Assembly (NCBI RefSeq): GCF_009914755.1
Contig: NC_060933.1
Length of the DNA stretch: 64,000 nt
From: the human T2T-CHM13v2.0 reference genome, Homo sapiens
Strand: one strand, 5' to 3'
Below are positions 12,586 through 26,175 of the stretch, one piece after another. Made by a program: the position numbers and the translations under genes. Numbering within the stretch: the stretch's first letter is position 1; each line of letters starts with the position of its first letter. Below the pieces are notes generated by a model. That model saw only the letters and a list, made by a program, of their open reading frames with translations. It did no database searches and had not been told where the DNA came from.

Positions 12586-13509
12586 GTGATCTGAATACTC
12601 CCTTATTGCACTGTGGTTTCTCTGCATGCCACCCCCCTCTCCGCCCGGAGGCTGCTGCTGATTTCTCGCCAGGTCCACTCCCCTGCACTCTTCCTGCCTC
12701 TCCTCTGGCCTCCCCTAAATCTGTGCTCCCTAGCTTCTTCCTGGTCACTCTGGGTGGGGCTCAGGCAGATGGTTCTGGGAGCCCGAAAACCTCAGCAGAT
12801 AGTGCAGGAGCAGCTGTTGCAGCAAGGAGGGCAGGTATGTCAAGACAGGGCTCTGAATCCAGAGAGCAGAGCTGAGGCCAGCATCTGGGATTTGAAGGCA
12901 AAGCCACAGAGCAAGGAGGGTGGCAGTGAGGGCACAGGAGGAAACAAATCTACATAGATCACCCTGGCATGAAATTGGAAACCCCAGAGAGCGTGCCGAC
13001 TGGAAATGCGACTCTGAGCCCCTGACCCGCTTCTCCTCCTGCTGCCATGGGGGTGGCTGCCCTTGCCATGTATCCTCTGTACAGCCCTGCTGCTGAGCTC
13101 TCCCTATCTCACCCTGTGCCAAACCAGAGTTGGAAGTGGGAAGACAGGCCCTGGGGGCCCAGAGCAAAGCAGCATCTGAATACGAGAGACACAGGGCCCA
13201 GCACTTGTGCCCTGCTCTGTGGCCATCTTCCTGCCTAGCCTCTTCAGACCTTGGCAAACCAGGACCCCCGAAGGGGGTGCAGGAGGGGTTCAGAGCAACA
13301 TTCCAAGTATCCATGAGACATCCGAAGGACTGACTGCTGCTCAGCCAGCCCCTCATGTGGTCAGGTGACACCGCACCTGTCTCTAGGTGCCTCTGCTTCC
13401 TCCTACACCTGAGTCATAAGGTCAGGTGCCATGCTGGGCGCCATCTGAGTGTACCACATGGATCCACCCATTAATCCTCCTACCCACTATGAAATAAGAA
13501 GCTTGCTTG

Positions 13510-13852
<343 letters not shown>

Positions 13853-15515
13853 TCAACTGTGAAGCAGAACTAAGTCAGAAGGTCAGAGCTGGTGAGACTC
13901 TGGGAGGTCACATTTCACAGTTCCTACGTCTCACAGATGGAGAAACCAAGACCCAGGGAGAGAAAGAGATTTGCAGGCCCCTGGACTCTTAGAACATTAG
14001 AATTGCTGGGTGAAAATGGACATCTCCAGATTGTTTTACTCAAGCCTATCCCTGGGTAGCCAGCTGGGTGCCATGCCAACCCCAGTCCTTTCTCTACCTG
14101 TTTCTACCTCTTCCATCTCCTCCTGTCATGCCCAAGCCTCCAGCCACAACCCACCTCTGCCCCCCTTGCCCTGCTGTCTGCTACACCTTTCTGCCAGAGC
14201 CCTCCCTCTTTGAAGGGGCTTTCTGATGGAGGCAGGGGGTTCCCCACACCTACCTGTTTATCCCAAGGTTTGAGACATCAGCGCTCTGGAAATGTTGAAG
14301 TCATGGACGAGAGAGAAAGGAAGCTGGGGAAAATGAGAGTGTAGGCAGTGAGCTCTTTATAGGCCCCTTTGCAGAGCTGGTCTCAGCTCAGCGTTGCTTC
14401 AGGAACATGGAAATAAATGTGTTACATGGAACTCGGCTGGCTTGCTGATGGGAGTTGCCTGGGACATTTAGAGATGTGAAAACTCTGGAAAAAGAAAAAG
14501 GAGGAGGAAATTATTTTCATGCCCATAGTTTTTAGGAAAATCAAATGTCTTTAGGGGAAAAAAGAGAGAGAGGGGGAGAAAGAAACCCCTTTTCCTTTGG
14601 TGGGGAGGAGCCTTAAGGCTGTGTTCCGATCAGCCACGCACACATCCGTGTCCCCTGGCCCTACCCTGGGATGACAGAGCCATCCCTTCACGTTCCAAGG
14701 TTGCTCCTGCCTCAAATCCCAGATTTTCCATGACCCAGCCTGGACTCAGTCCCACTTACAACCGCTTGGCTCCCTCTCTCAGCCTGGAGAAGCATTCTGG
14801 AAGCAAAGCTCCTGCTCCGAGCCCAGCTCCCTTCAAATTCATTGTCCTGATTTCCTAGGTGCCTTTTAAACTTTCCTTGTTTTTCTATTTTCACTCCTTT
14901 TTTTCACCCCTTCACTCCTCTCTTGGACATTAAAAAAAAAAAAAAAAAAAAAAAGTCCTGTGGTTCCCCAAATACCAGGATGTTGTACAGGATTTTCCAA
15001 ATTGGAAAAACCAAAGTAAGTTGAAAAAAAATTTTTTTTTTAATTCTGACTTTTGTTCTACTAAGGAAGTTCTTTTGTTAGGTCATGGCCTTAGCCATGT
15101 GTGGGTTTTCTAAGGTTTTCCATTTTTCCTGGGTTTTTCTCCCCATTCTTCCTCCTGCTCCCAGGGATGTAAATGTTTTCGGAATCCTGGGGCTGACAGA
15201 GTGTCAGTAATGTCCAACGTGGAGGGCTGGATAGAGTGAGGCCAGGGCTGTGTGAGGTGGTTTCGGCCCTAAGGGGAAGCAGCTCCCAATCTGGACTGCC
15301 TGTTCAGAATATGGCTAAAAACAGGGAGGGAGCAGAAGAGGCCTCCAGCAGCCAGAATCAGTGTCACGAAGCCTGTGCAGTACATCGTGTTAGAAGACAA
15401 ACACCCAGACTTAAGTCAAGACCAATTTACTCGCTGTTTACACATAGTCTCAACAAGCCAGGAAATCTGATTTCCCATGCTATAGCTGATTAAAATAGTT
15501 AATTAGAAGTAGACC

Positions 15516-15819
15516 GGCCAGGCACAGTGGCTCACGCCTGTAATCCCAGCACGAGGCGGGCAGATCATCTGAGTTCAGGAGTTCAAGACCAGCTTGGGCA
15601 ACATGGCGAAACCCCATCTTTACTAAAAATACAAAAAAAAAAAAAAAAATTAGCTGGGCGTGGTGGCACGCGCCTGTAGTCCCAGCTACTGGGGAGGCTG
15701 AGGTGAGAGAATCACCTGAGTCCGGGAGGTCAAAGCTGCACAGAGCCAAGATTGCACCACTGCTCTCCAACCTGAGCAACTAGAGTGAGACTCCATCTCA
15801 AAAAAAAAAAAAAAAAAAA
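15516..15819 (+). mobile_element. Alu (AluJ-like) with small internal deletion
   Basis: Dimer with long middle A-tract and poly-A; lacks tttgggaggcc. Confidence 0.92.
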
Positions 15820-16318
15820 TAGACCAAAGCTGCTTGCTGGCACAGAAACTCCCACATGAGGAGGAAGTGACAGCTCAGTCTGATGGTGAAAAATTGAGCA
15901 GACACAAACGCTCCGAAACCACGTTGGTGTGGGGGCCCTTGCACACGCTGCCTTCACCCCTGTGTGACAACACCCGTTAATGATGAAGAGGTTGAAGGAT
16001 CAAACACTTGATTTGCTCTGCATCAGTTCTCCAGGCAAGGCCAGTTGACACTGGGCAGTGGGCAGCTTAGCTTCTGTTAGTGGCATTTTCAGCCATCCGA
16101 GCAGCCCCAGGCAAGTCTGCACATTGGCCAGCTCACCCCCCGCCACCGCCTGCTTTCCTCGCCAGGGGCCCGTCCTTTCCTCTCACAAGGCTGCTGCTGG
16201 CCGGATCCGACTTGGGAAACAGCCTCGGCACAGCTGTACCTCGCCAGGGGGTCTGTGGGGGAGGCTTCCAGAACCCACGTGGCCTCCATTGTAACCTTCT
16301 TTGCTGGTGTGTACTTAG

Positions 16319-16372
16319 GGTGAACAAGGGGTTCCAGGTGTGTCAGGAGATCCCGGATTCCAAGGAGACAAG
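16319..16372 (+). CDS. COL27A1: Collagen helix exon, 54 nt (GEQGVPGVSGDPGFQGDK)
   Basis: tacttag|GGT...AAG|gtaatt. Confidence 0.95.
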
Positions 16373-17700
16373 GTAATTGCATGAGATTTTCCCCTCCCCC
16401 TGCCCCTGCCCCTGCCCTGCTGTTCCCCTGGTCCTGGCTTCCTTCCTAGGGTCCATCATGAGCAAGGACCCACCTGTAAGACGGCTGCCCTCGAAATAAT
16501 CCAGTCTTCTCCATCCTTGATCCTCTTGTCATCTCTTCCTTGGACTTTACAGTGTGACCTTTTAACTTATTTCTGGGCCCCAGCCTCTTGCTTTCTCTCT
16601 TTCTTCTTTACTGCTACCCAGTTGTTCTTCTGAGGGCAAAGCTCTGCTCTCCGCTCACACACCATCCATGGCTCCCTATTGCTCTCAGAATGACACCCTG
16701 GCTCCCTAACCAGACATCAGGACCCCAGTGAGTGCATCTCTCTGATGTTCTCCTGCTCCCCGCCTTACAGCTCTGCACTCCAGCCCCACTGAACCGCCTG
16801 CCGTGGGCCTCTGTACACACACACACACACAGACTGCTACCCGCCCGGGACCCCCTCCACCCAGCCTCTCCACACCACCCTGCTCAGAGCCCTTTTTCCC
16901 CACCTGCTCAGAAAGTGGCCATTTCCCTCTCTAGATGCTCTGAGAGGCATGTCCTCCCCTCACTGGTGGTGCCACCTTTCTCCTCTGATTTTGGGGGACT
17001 TGTACTGTGTCCCCTGCCAGACAGTGAGTTCCCTAAGAACAAGGCTCCAGACTGCCCTGATGGAGCTCGGCTCAGGGTCCTGTCCTTGATCATGAATATT
17101 TAGGATAAGGTTGAGGGAGTAACTGGCCTTACAAAATGACATATTGACTATGGGATCAAACTGAGGTGGCCTTGACTTCCAGAGCCCAGCTGTGGGCCTG
17201 CTGAGACTGGCTCCCCTTTGCCTGTGTCTGGCATCATGTGGCCACATCTGGAACTCTCCCGGCCAGTCAACGAGGCCCAGATGTTGGCCAGCTCTCCCTC
17301 TTCCTCTTCCCTCCCTCCTCGCTGGCCTGTCCTGACCCAGCCTTGGTATCTCCGGGTTGTGAACCACAGCAGGCCTGGCTCTTCCCTACTGGACCCTGTC
17401 TCCAGAGTTCCCCAGGAGTCAGAGGCACCACAGAGCCTGCGTGCAGCCCCAGGGTCCCTGATTCTTCCTGGTGAGGACAGGGGCTGCTGTTTCATGTTAG
17501 CATTTCCTGGGGCCCAGCCTATAGGGGTGTCAGGCAGGTGTGATCCAAGCCAGAGCCCACAGCAGGGAAAGGAAGGAAGGAGCTCATCTTCCTCCAAGGC
17601 GGGCGTTCTCTGGGCCTGGGACCAGCAGGAGGACTGGGCGGCTGTTCACCTGGCCATTTCTCTTCCTCACTAACCCCAGCCTGCTCTGGATCTCTTCCAG

Positions 17701-17754
17701 GGGAGCCAGGGGTTGCCAGGGTTCCCCGGTGCACGGGGGAAGCCAGGGCCTCTG
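17701..17754 (+). CDS. COL27A1: Collagen helix exon, 54 nt (GSQGLPGFPGARGKPGPL)
   Basis: branch-point-like cactaac at 17668; cttccag|GGG...CTG|gtaagt. Confidence 0.96.
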
Positions 17755-18381
17755 GTAAGTACCTGCTCCTCCAGCACCCCCAAACCTCACACTCTCCAAC
17801 TGATCGTGTAATGTGGCTGGGGACACCTTCACCTCCAAGACTTCATTTCCTCCTGCAGCAGAGCTCCTGGGGGCAAGCAGGGCAGGGCAGGAATGGGATG
17901 TGCTCATTTCACAGATGAGGATACTGTGAGAGGCTCAGTAACTCAGCCAGCTTCAGAGGCAGGCCTCATTTGCCGACAAAGCTCTGATGAGGATCTGGGG
18001 TTCCTGATGCCTTGTAAACAATAGTGATGTTATCAGTAACAGCAGTGGCTGTCATTTATTGAGTGTCGCTGTGCATCCGACCCTTTCTGAACTGTTTCTT
18101 TGAAGGCTGCCAACTACCCCAGGAGTGAGGGAATTAATATTGCTCCCATTTTACAGATGGGCAAACTAAGATTCCGAAAGTTGAAGTGACTTGCCCAGGG
18201 TCCCATGGTTAGCAAGTGCAGGAGGCAGAGTTTGAATGGTAGCTCCTTCTAGTTGTCCAGGCAGATTTTATGCACATGCTTCTGAACTTTCCAACCATCC
18301 ACAACCAGCGGGGGAACGCAGGGGGTTCATGGAAGGTGGGGTCCTCACCCCTGCCTCCCTGCAACCTCTTCTCTTCCACAG

Positions 18382-18435
18382 GGCAAAGTCGGAGACAAAG
18401 GATCCATTGGGTTTCCCGGGCCCCCTGGACCCGAG
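18382..18435 (+). CDS. COL27A1: Collagen helix exon, 54 nt (GKVGDKGSIGFPGPPGPE)
   Basis: ttccacag|GGC...GAG|gtatgt. Confidence 0.96.
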
Positions 18436-20939
18436 GTATGTGATGCCCCATTTCTCCGTGTCTGGCTGCTGCTGGGACTCGGTCTTGTCCTTGGGAAACT
18501 GAGGCCCAGGGATGGGGAAAGACTTGCTTTAGGTCACACAGGATATGAGAGATGAGGCTGAGAGGAGAAACTCCTAGATCAGCAATCATTTATTTTCCCC
18601 TTCTGCTCTTCTGCTCTTACTCAGGGGCTCTCAAAAGTCAACAGGGCCAAAAGGTGGCCTCAGAGTCCTCTGCCAACTTTGTGGCCACCGCAGCTTTGTG
18701 ATTCATGAAAGCCCTCTGTGCGCCACTGTCTGGTCCCTCACAGGAGCTTCCCACATTCTCCACTCAGAGTTCCCTCTCCAAGCCCTGGAACTTTCCTAGC
18801 CACCCACAGCCACTCTGGAACGGTTCAGGGCTCAGAGCTTCCGGGTATGGGGAGCAAGAGGTAAATGCAAAATTCGGGCTTTTGAATGAAGAATGAGAAA
18901 TAAGGATAGATTTAGCAATTAATATAATAACTCTAGTTGAGTCAGGAGAGAGCCTCAGGGTTTCTGATGTGTGTGATCATTGGCATAGGTAGGCTACACC
19001 TGAATGATCAACTCGGAATTCACATGTAATGTTGCGAAGCAAGCTGGCTGGGTTCTTTTTGACGCCCCCGTCTTTAACAGGGGTCTCGTGTCTAGAGAGC
19101 TGGGCTGAGCAGGAGCCAGGGCTGCCGTCCCTCTCAGGATCATTGGCACCCAGGCCAACCTCAGTTGGAGCCCCCCACCCACAACTCCCTAGCCTCCAGG
19201 TCTTGCTCACCCATGAGGTCTCTGCATCCAAGACAAAAGTGTGGCTCTGTGGATAGGCCGGACCCTGCCAAAGATCACTTCTGCTATCACTCGGATGGAT
19301 GAGGAAATGTTTCCTAAAAGCTACAAGTTCTGACTTTCCACTCTGTTGACTTTGGCCATGACACAGTCCTATCTTTAGACAAATGGACTTGGCCTCTCCT
19401 CCATGGCCCCAATTCCCTCCTCTGGTCGCTGGAAAAAGGCTTTTCTGAGAGTCCAGCTTTCCCAGCATTCTGGCCCGTGAGGGTGGAAGGCATGCTCCCT
19501 CACATTTATTAGGCACCTCCTGGTGCCAGGAGGCTGTGCAGTGTCCTCGAGATGAGAACTTGCTGAATCGCCACGACAGCCGCATGAGGGGGATATTACC
19601 ACCACCAGTTTACAGTTGAAGAAACTGAGTCACAGAGCAGGAAAGTGGCTTCCTCAGGGTTGCTCTGCTATGTAGGAACAAATAAGGTCTGCTTTGGCCC
19701 TTTCCTGGGTCCCTGGACAATTTAGCCATCAGCCTCTCCCGTCTTTGTGCTCTGTTTTGATTGGCTGACTCTGTAGCCGAGAGATAGCTCTGCTCAGCTG
19801 AAGGGGGAAGCTGATAAGCGCGGAAGCTGATAAGCGCGTCAGCACCCTGCCTGCTTCTTTCCCTGAGACCATGGGAGGGAGCTCCAACTCTCCAGCACCC
19901 GGGTGAATTATCTCTCACTCATCAGTGGGTTATATGCAAGTGAGCATCAGGATTTGCTCAGCATCCCGACTGCTAAGTTCTCACTTAGAGATGGGCCCAC
20001 CCCAGGCAGACTTCTTTTCCCAGAGTACAGGACCCAAAATCATTTTGGATGCAGATTTTTACTGAGCACTTGCAACTTTGCTGGTTCCATTTAAACTTAA
20101 GACTAGCCCTGTAAGGGAGGTGTTACGAGCACCATTTTACAGATGAGGAAGCTGAGGCCCAGAGAGGCTAAGGAACTTGCCCAGGGTCACACAGGAGGAG
20201 GGCAGGGCTCTGGGAACTGCGTAACAGGTCTCCAAATTGTGCAAAGACCACTGTGGGGAGAGGGAGTCCCTGTGCTCTGTGGGGCCCTAAGGAGGAGCAC
20301 GAGGATATTGCAGGGAAGGGAGGTGATTCCGCTCCATGTGGGAAGAACCTTCTATTGTACAGTCATCCCAGGGGAATGGCCCTCACTGGGAAGCAGGGAG
20401 CCCCCATGGGTGGAGTGGGGCAGAGTCCAACACATGTGGCCAAGATGTAGGAAGGACTTAAGCTTACGATGACTGGAGCTGAGGTTAATTAAATCAGTGC
20501 TTTTCAATGCTTTCAAAGTCACAGCAAACCCAGAAAATCATCCTCTTTGCAGGATTACTGCAGTCAAAAGACAAGACTTCTCAGGGCAAGGCGTGGCTGG
20601 CTCTGGGGAGCAATGTCCCCAGACACCCATAATTCTGACCCAGTAGCAGCACCGGATTTGAGAAATAACGACCTTGAGTGTGACCTTCCATGTTACAACC
20701 TTAATGCTTTCCTGCACCGTCCGGTGTATTGTCTCAGCAACTCTCTGAGGTGTCAGGGCTGGAACCATGCACCCTGTTTTAGAACTGAGGACTGTGGGAT
20801 CAAGGTGGTTAACTGACCTGCCTGGGGTCCCATCCCAGCAGGATGAGATGGAAACCCGGTCAGTCTCCCTGCAAGACGCATCCCCGTAGCACTCCCTTCA
20901 CAGCCCCCGTGGGTGACCCTGCTCTCTGCTTCCCCTCAG

Positions 20940-20993
20940 GGATTCCCAGGAGACATCGGCCCCCCTGGCGACAATGGCCCAGAAGGCATGAAG
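20940..20993 (+). CDS. COL27A1: Collagen helix exon, 54 nt (GFPGDIGPPGDNGPEGMK)
   Basis: cccctcag|GGA...AAG|gtgagt. Confidence 0.96.
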
Positions 20994-21153
20994 GTGAGTA
21001 CCTGCCCAGGGCAGCTCCAGTTGGAGGAGCAGACAGCTCTGCAGAAACCACAGGGGCTGGCTGCCTGGCTTGGAAGCAGGGGTTGCCTTGCCAGCCTGCG
21101 ATGGAGATGGAGGTACCGCCTCTGAGACTCCCTTTTTGTTCCCTTCTCCCCAG

Positions 21154-21207
21154 GGTAAGCCTGGAGCCCGAGGCCTGCCGGGACCCCGTGGGCAGCTGGG
21201 GCCCGAG
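21154..21207 (+). CDS. COL27A1: Collagen helix exon, 54 nt (GKPGARGLPGPRGQLGPE)
   Basis: tccccag|GGT...GAG|gtgaga. Confidence 0.96.
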
Positions 21208-21683
21208 GTGAGACTGTCTGGCCCCCACCACTGCCCATCCTGGCCTGATTGCAGCCCCCAGCCTGCCCTGTCCTGGGTACTGAAGGCCTTAGCTTGGGCT
21301 GGAGCCCCCTCAGCCAGGACACCACCCAGGGCTTCCCCAGACTTACCCACCAGCTCATCCTATACAGCCCTGCCCCGTGCCCCTTCCAGGGACCTTCTCT
21401 GCCCTGCTGTCACCTGGCAGGGTGGCTTCCCCGCACCCTCCCTCCTCTGCACCCTCGTCACCCTGGGGTTTTCTTTCCCAGAGCTACTGACAATGCCGTG
21501 CTCGTGGTAGCAGTTTATCAGGGCATTAATGAGGGAGTAGGAAGTGTCAGCCCCATTTTACAGATGAGGCCACTGAGGCCCAGAGAGGAAAAGAGACTCA
21601 GTCAGGTCTTATGGTTAGTAGCAGGCAGGGCTGCAATGGGAACCCAGGTCTGCTTGAGCCCAAAGCCCATGACATACGTCCTA

Positions 21684-21749
21684 TGCTGTCAACTCTGTGC
21701 TTCCTGGGAGTGGCCTTGCTGTCAACTCTGTGCTTCCTGGGAGTGGCCT
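21684..21749 (+). repeat. Perfect 33-nt tandem duplication
   Basis: tgctgtcaactctgtgcttcctgggagtggcct x2. Confidence 0.95.
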
Positions 21750-22906
21750 AGGGGCACCTCCAGAATATTACAATGACTTGCACAATTAGTTAGTGGCAGA
21801 GCATCGATTTGCTTATTTATGTGCGCTGGATGAAGTGGGTTGGGAGGGGTCTCTATGGGGCTGTTGGAGCACCAGGTGGGCACTTAATGGGTGGGCCCCT
21901 GATTTTGCCCTGTGCACGAGGCCATTCTTAGCCTTCCCATGCCCCACCTACCTTAGCTCAGGCGCCAGGCCCCCGTGACACACAGCCCTGGGCTGAGGGT
22001 GCGGGAAGCCCAGATTCACCGCGACCGCAGGCGGGCATCCAGCTGACATGGATCCCTTCTCGGGCTGGCTCTGGGTCTGGCGGGGTCCCAGCACTGGCTC
22101 TGGGAGCCACCACGTGGAGCTGCTTTCCTGGAAGCTGGGGAAAAGGAGCTGGGGGGTGTCTCTGGAGGGAGCCCCTTGGTCAGGCCTGGCATGCCAGAAG
22201 GAGCCAATTAGGAGGCTGCCTGAGCCTGTGGGGGTGGGGAGCACCTGGAGAGTCTCATGGGCCGGAAGCGGGAAGGAAGGGGAGAGGAGGGAACGGCACC
22301 AGCCACATGCTTCTGTCTACACTCACATTACCACTCAAGAAAGCCCTATGTATGCCTGCCACTTGTTCACATCTTCATTCATTCATTCATTCACTCACCA
22401 AACACCCCTTAGACACGGCACCATCCTGAGTGATGTTTGGGGGTGGCTGCAAGAAAGAATAAGGCATCACTGCTGACCTCCAGGAACTCAGCTGAAGCCA
22501 CTTATTATATTTGAGGATGATCTTCTCCAATCTGGGAAACTGAGACACAGTGAGGCTGAGGTCTGCCAGTGAGCAAATGGCAGAACTCAGAGCCTACATC
22601 TTTGAGCTGCAGTTTGAGGCTCTGTTCCTCACAGCACACAACGGGGTTTAACTCTCATGCCCAGGGCTTCCATGAAGCCTGGAGTCTCCATTCACTGGAA
22701 GTCACTGTGTAGCCTGGCCTCTAGGCCATGGCCAGTGGAGCCTCTGCCCTGGGTGGGGCCAGGCAGGTGGGCCAGGCGTGCTGTTTCCCTTTGTCCAGGA
22801 GGGCTCTCCTCTGTCCATCCCTTTCCCTCCATACAGGACAAGATCTCTGCAAGTCCAACTGGATTAACTTTCTCCTTTTTTCCTCTCTCGTGTCTCCCAA
22901 TTCTAG

Positions 22907-22951
22907 GGAGATGAGGGACCCATGGGGCCGCCAGGGGCCCCTGGCTTGGAG
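22907..22951 (+). CDS. COL27A1: Collagen helix exon, 45 nt (GDEGPMGPPGAPGLE)
   Basis: ttctag|GGA...GAG|gtgagt. Confidence 0.96.
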
Positions 22952-23385
22952 GTGAGTGTCACTGGCCTGGGGTAGGTGGCATTCATGGGAGCTGAGCCAG
23001 CTGTGCACAGGCAGGGCAACATCTGGCCAGTGCTCCAGAGGGAAGTCATCAGTGAGGGCCTTGGACCAGCCAGAGAGAGAACTAGGACAGACCCCAAAGG
23101 AGAGAGACAAGAGCCAAGAAACTGACTGTCACTGCCCACCTCCTATGTTCCAGGTGCTTCATGTCAGTATTTATTCTCCTTGATTCTCCCATGACACATG
23201 ATTGCTTTCCTTGGTTTCATTAGAGAAGAGGCAAACGAGAGTGAAGGCTTTAGCTCGACATCTCACAGCCAGGCAGTGGGGACGCCCTGCCTGGGCCCTC
23301 AGCCCGAGCCCTCTGCACTCTTCCAAGCTGCCTTCCCAAAGTCACTTGTCCTACACCCCTTCTTGGTCCCAGCCATTGCATAAAC

Positions 23386-23897
23386 CAGCAGCTCATGAAA
23401 TTTCTGGTATCCAGAGCTTTTTACACTCTTGAAAATGATGGAGGACCCAAAGGCTTTTGTTTGAGTGGGTTACACCTACTGAGATTAGTAATTAAAACCA
23501 AGAGACTTTAAATGTATTTATTCATTCATTGAAGATTAATCATAAACTCATTTCCTGTTGATAAAAATTATATTTTTAGGAGAATTCACGCTATTTTCCA
23601 TAGCAAAATAATTGAGTGGAAAGAGTGGCATTGTGTTACCATTTTTGCAGATCTCTCTTTAATGTCTGGCTTAATAGAAGTCAGCTGGCTTCTCAACTCC
23701 GCTTCTGCATTCAATCCACTGACAATATTGCGCGCCATGCAGCCTCGGGAAGATGCCACTTAACATTCACCAGAGTGAGAGTGACAAAGGCGAATGACAT
23801 CTTAGTGTTATCATGAAAATCATTTTGACCTCCTGAACCTTCTGAAAGGGCCTCCGGGACCCCTGTAGTCCTCAGGCCACACTTTGAGGACCACTTG
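23386..23897 (+). mobile_element. hAT-Charlie DNA transposon fossil (MER119-like)
   Basis: AT-rich island with cagcagctcatgaaa start, tttacactcttgaaaatgatggaggacccaaagg, and cacactttgaggaccact end; family from memory. Confidence 0.6.
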
Positions 23898-24226
23898 CAT
23901 AAACTGTTCCTTCCCTGCACCCCCCGATCATCTGCCAAGTTCCTTCCTTTCCCTCACTCCCTGAAGGCAGGTGTCATCTTCCTCATTTACAACAAGAAGA
24001 CCAACCCAGGGATGGGGGAGGCTTCCCTGAGTTCACGCAGCTGGAAACCCTGCCTGTATTCCATGACAGCTGGCCACCTGGTGGACTCAGGGTTATATGC
24101 CCCTGTCCACCAGGGTATGTGGCTCTCTACAGCTGTGGATACCCTGTGCCAGGCCCTTGGAGCCCCTGGACCCCAGCCATGTTGCCCCTGTCCAGCTTCT
24201 CCCACTTACCTGTCTCTCTGTTGCAG

Positions 24227-24280
24227 GGTCAGCCTGGCAGGAAGGGGTTTCCTGGGAGGCCCGGCCTGGATGGCGTGAAG
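24227..24280 (+). CDS. COL27A1: Collagen helix exon, 54 nt (GQPGRKGFPGRPGLDGVK)
   Basis: gttgcag|GGT...AAG|gtgagg. Confidence 0.96.
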
Positions 24281-24389
24281 GTGAGGGGACCTGGAGATCC
24301 CTGGGGACAAGAGGAAAGAGGGGATCCTACATATCTGGGCCCCAAGTCAAGCCCCAAATCCCATGGCCAGTTGTGAAAAGGGAGAAAAA

Positions 24390-25120
<731 letters not shown>

Positions 25121-25867
25121 CAAAAAAGACCTGGCCCAAGATAGGAGAGTAATGGTCCTCAGCCCATGGGCAGCCTCACTTAATAGTTTCCCAAGGACTC
25201 CCTTAAGTTGGAGTTTTCCCAGCCATTCTGGGCAAAAGATTGTCGGGTCAAGTTTACAGATGGGCAAACCCACAGGAGGTTAGGACAGAGCCAGGGGGAG
25301 CGCAGGTCATCCATATCTCCCTCCCTTCTGGGGAAATGGCCCACTTATCTGTCCTGGCCCCTCTAGTTTTCATGAGGTCCAGGGAGGAGCCGAAGGGGGA
25401 GGAGGCTCCACCCAGGCTTGCAGTAAGCCACATCCATGTATGCGCCAAACTACTGGCTAGCCCGAGCCCATGTCCTGCCGTCTGAGGTTTCGGCCTCTCT
25501 CCCTCAGATACCAGTTGGGTTTCTGTGGTGGGAGTGGTGACATCGTCTGTGTGGATTTGTCCCACAGATCTGCTGTGGGCCTGAGGAGCAGGAGCCATCT
25601 CAGCATGGGACAAAACAGACAGACAAGGCCGAGATAGGCCACCCAATGTGAAAGTGGGACAGAGCCTTGAAGACAAATGAGTCTGATTTCCCTTTTTTAT
25701 AGCTGGGGAGGCTGAGCCCAGAGCAGAGATGGGACTCACCCCAGCCACCCGTGAGCTGGTGGCAGAGCTCTAGTGTGTTGAGGTCTAGGACCCTGGTGCC
25801 CTGACGTCCCATTTCCCTGCTCTTCCTGAGATAGGGCAGCCTGATGCAGTGGGAATGTGCATTCTTG

Positions 25868-26175
25868 TTTTTTTTTTTTTTTTTTTTTTTTTTGACAGTC
25901 TCGCTCTTGTCACCCAGACTGGAGTACAGTGGTGTGCAATCTCGGCTCACTGCAACCTCCACCTCCTGGGTTCAAGCAATTCTCTTGCCTCAGCCTCCCC
26001 AGTAGCTGGGATTACAGGCATGCAGCACCACACCCAGCTAATTTTTTGTATTTTTAGTAGAGATGGGGTTTCTCCATGTTGGCCAGGCTGGTCTCGAACT
26101 CCTGACCTCAGGTGATTCGCCTGCCTCGGGTTCCCAAAGTGCTGGGATTACAGGCGTGAGCCACCGCACCTGGCC
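25868..26175 (-). mobile_element. Alu (AluSq/Sp-like)
   Basis: poly-T, full antisense dimer, gaatgtgcatt on both flanks. Confidence 0.95.

Noticed and set aside
17668-17700. Upstream in-frame AG (17678-17679) as an alternative acceptor adding PALDLFQ
   Set aside because: It lies only about 6 nt after the likely branch A, too close for efficient use.
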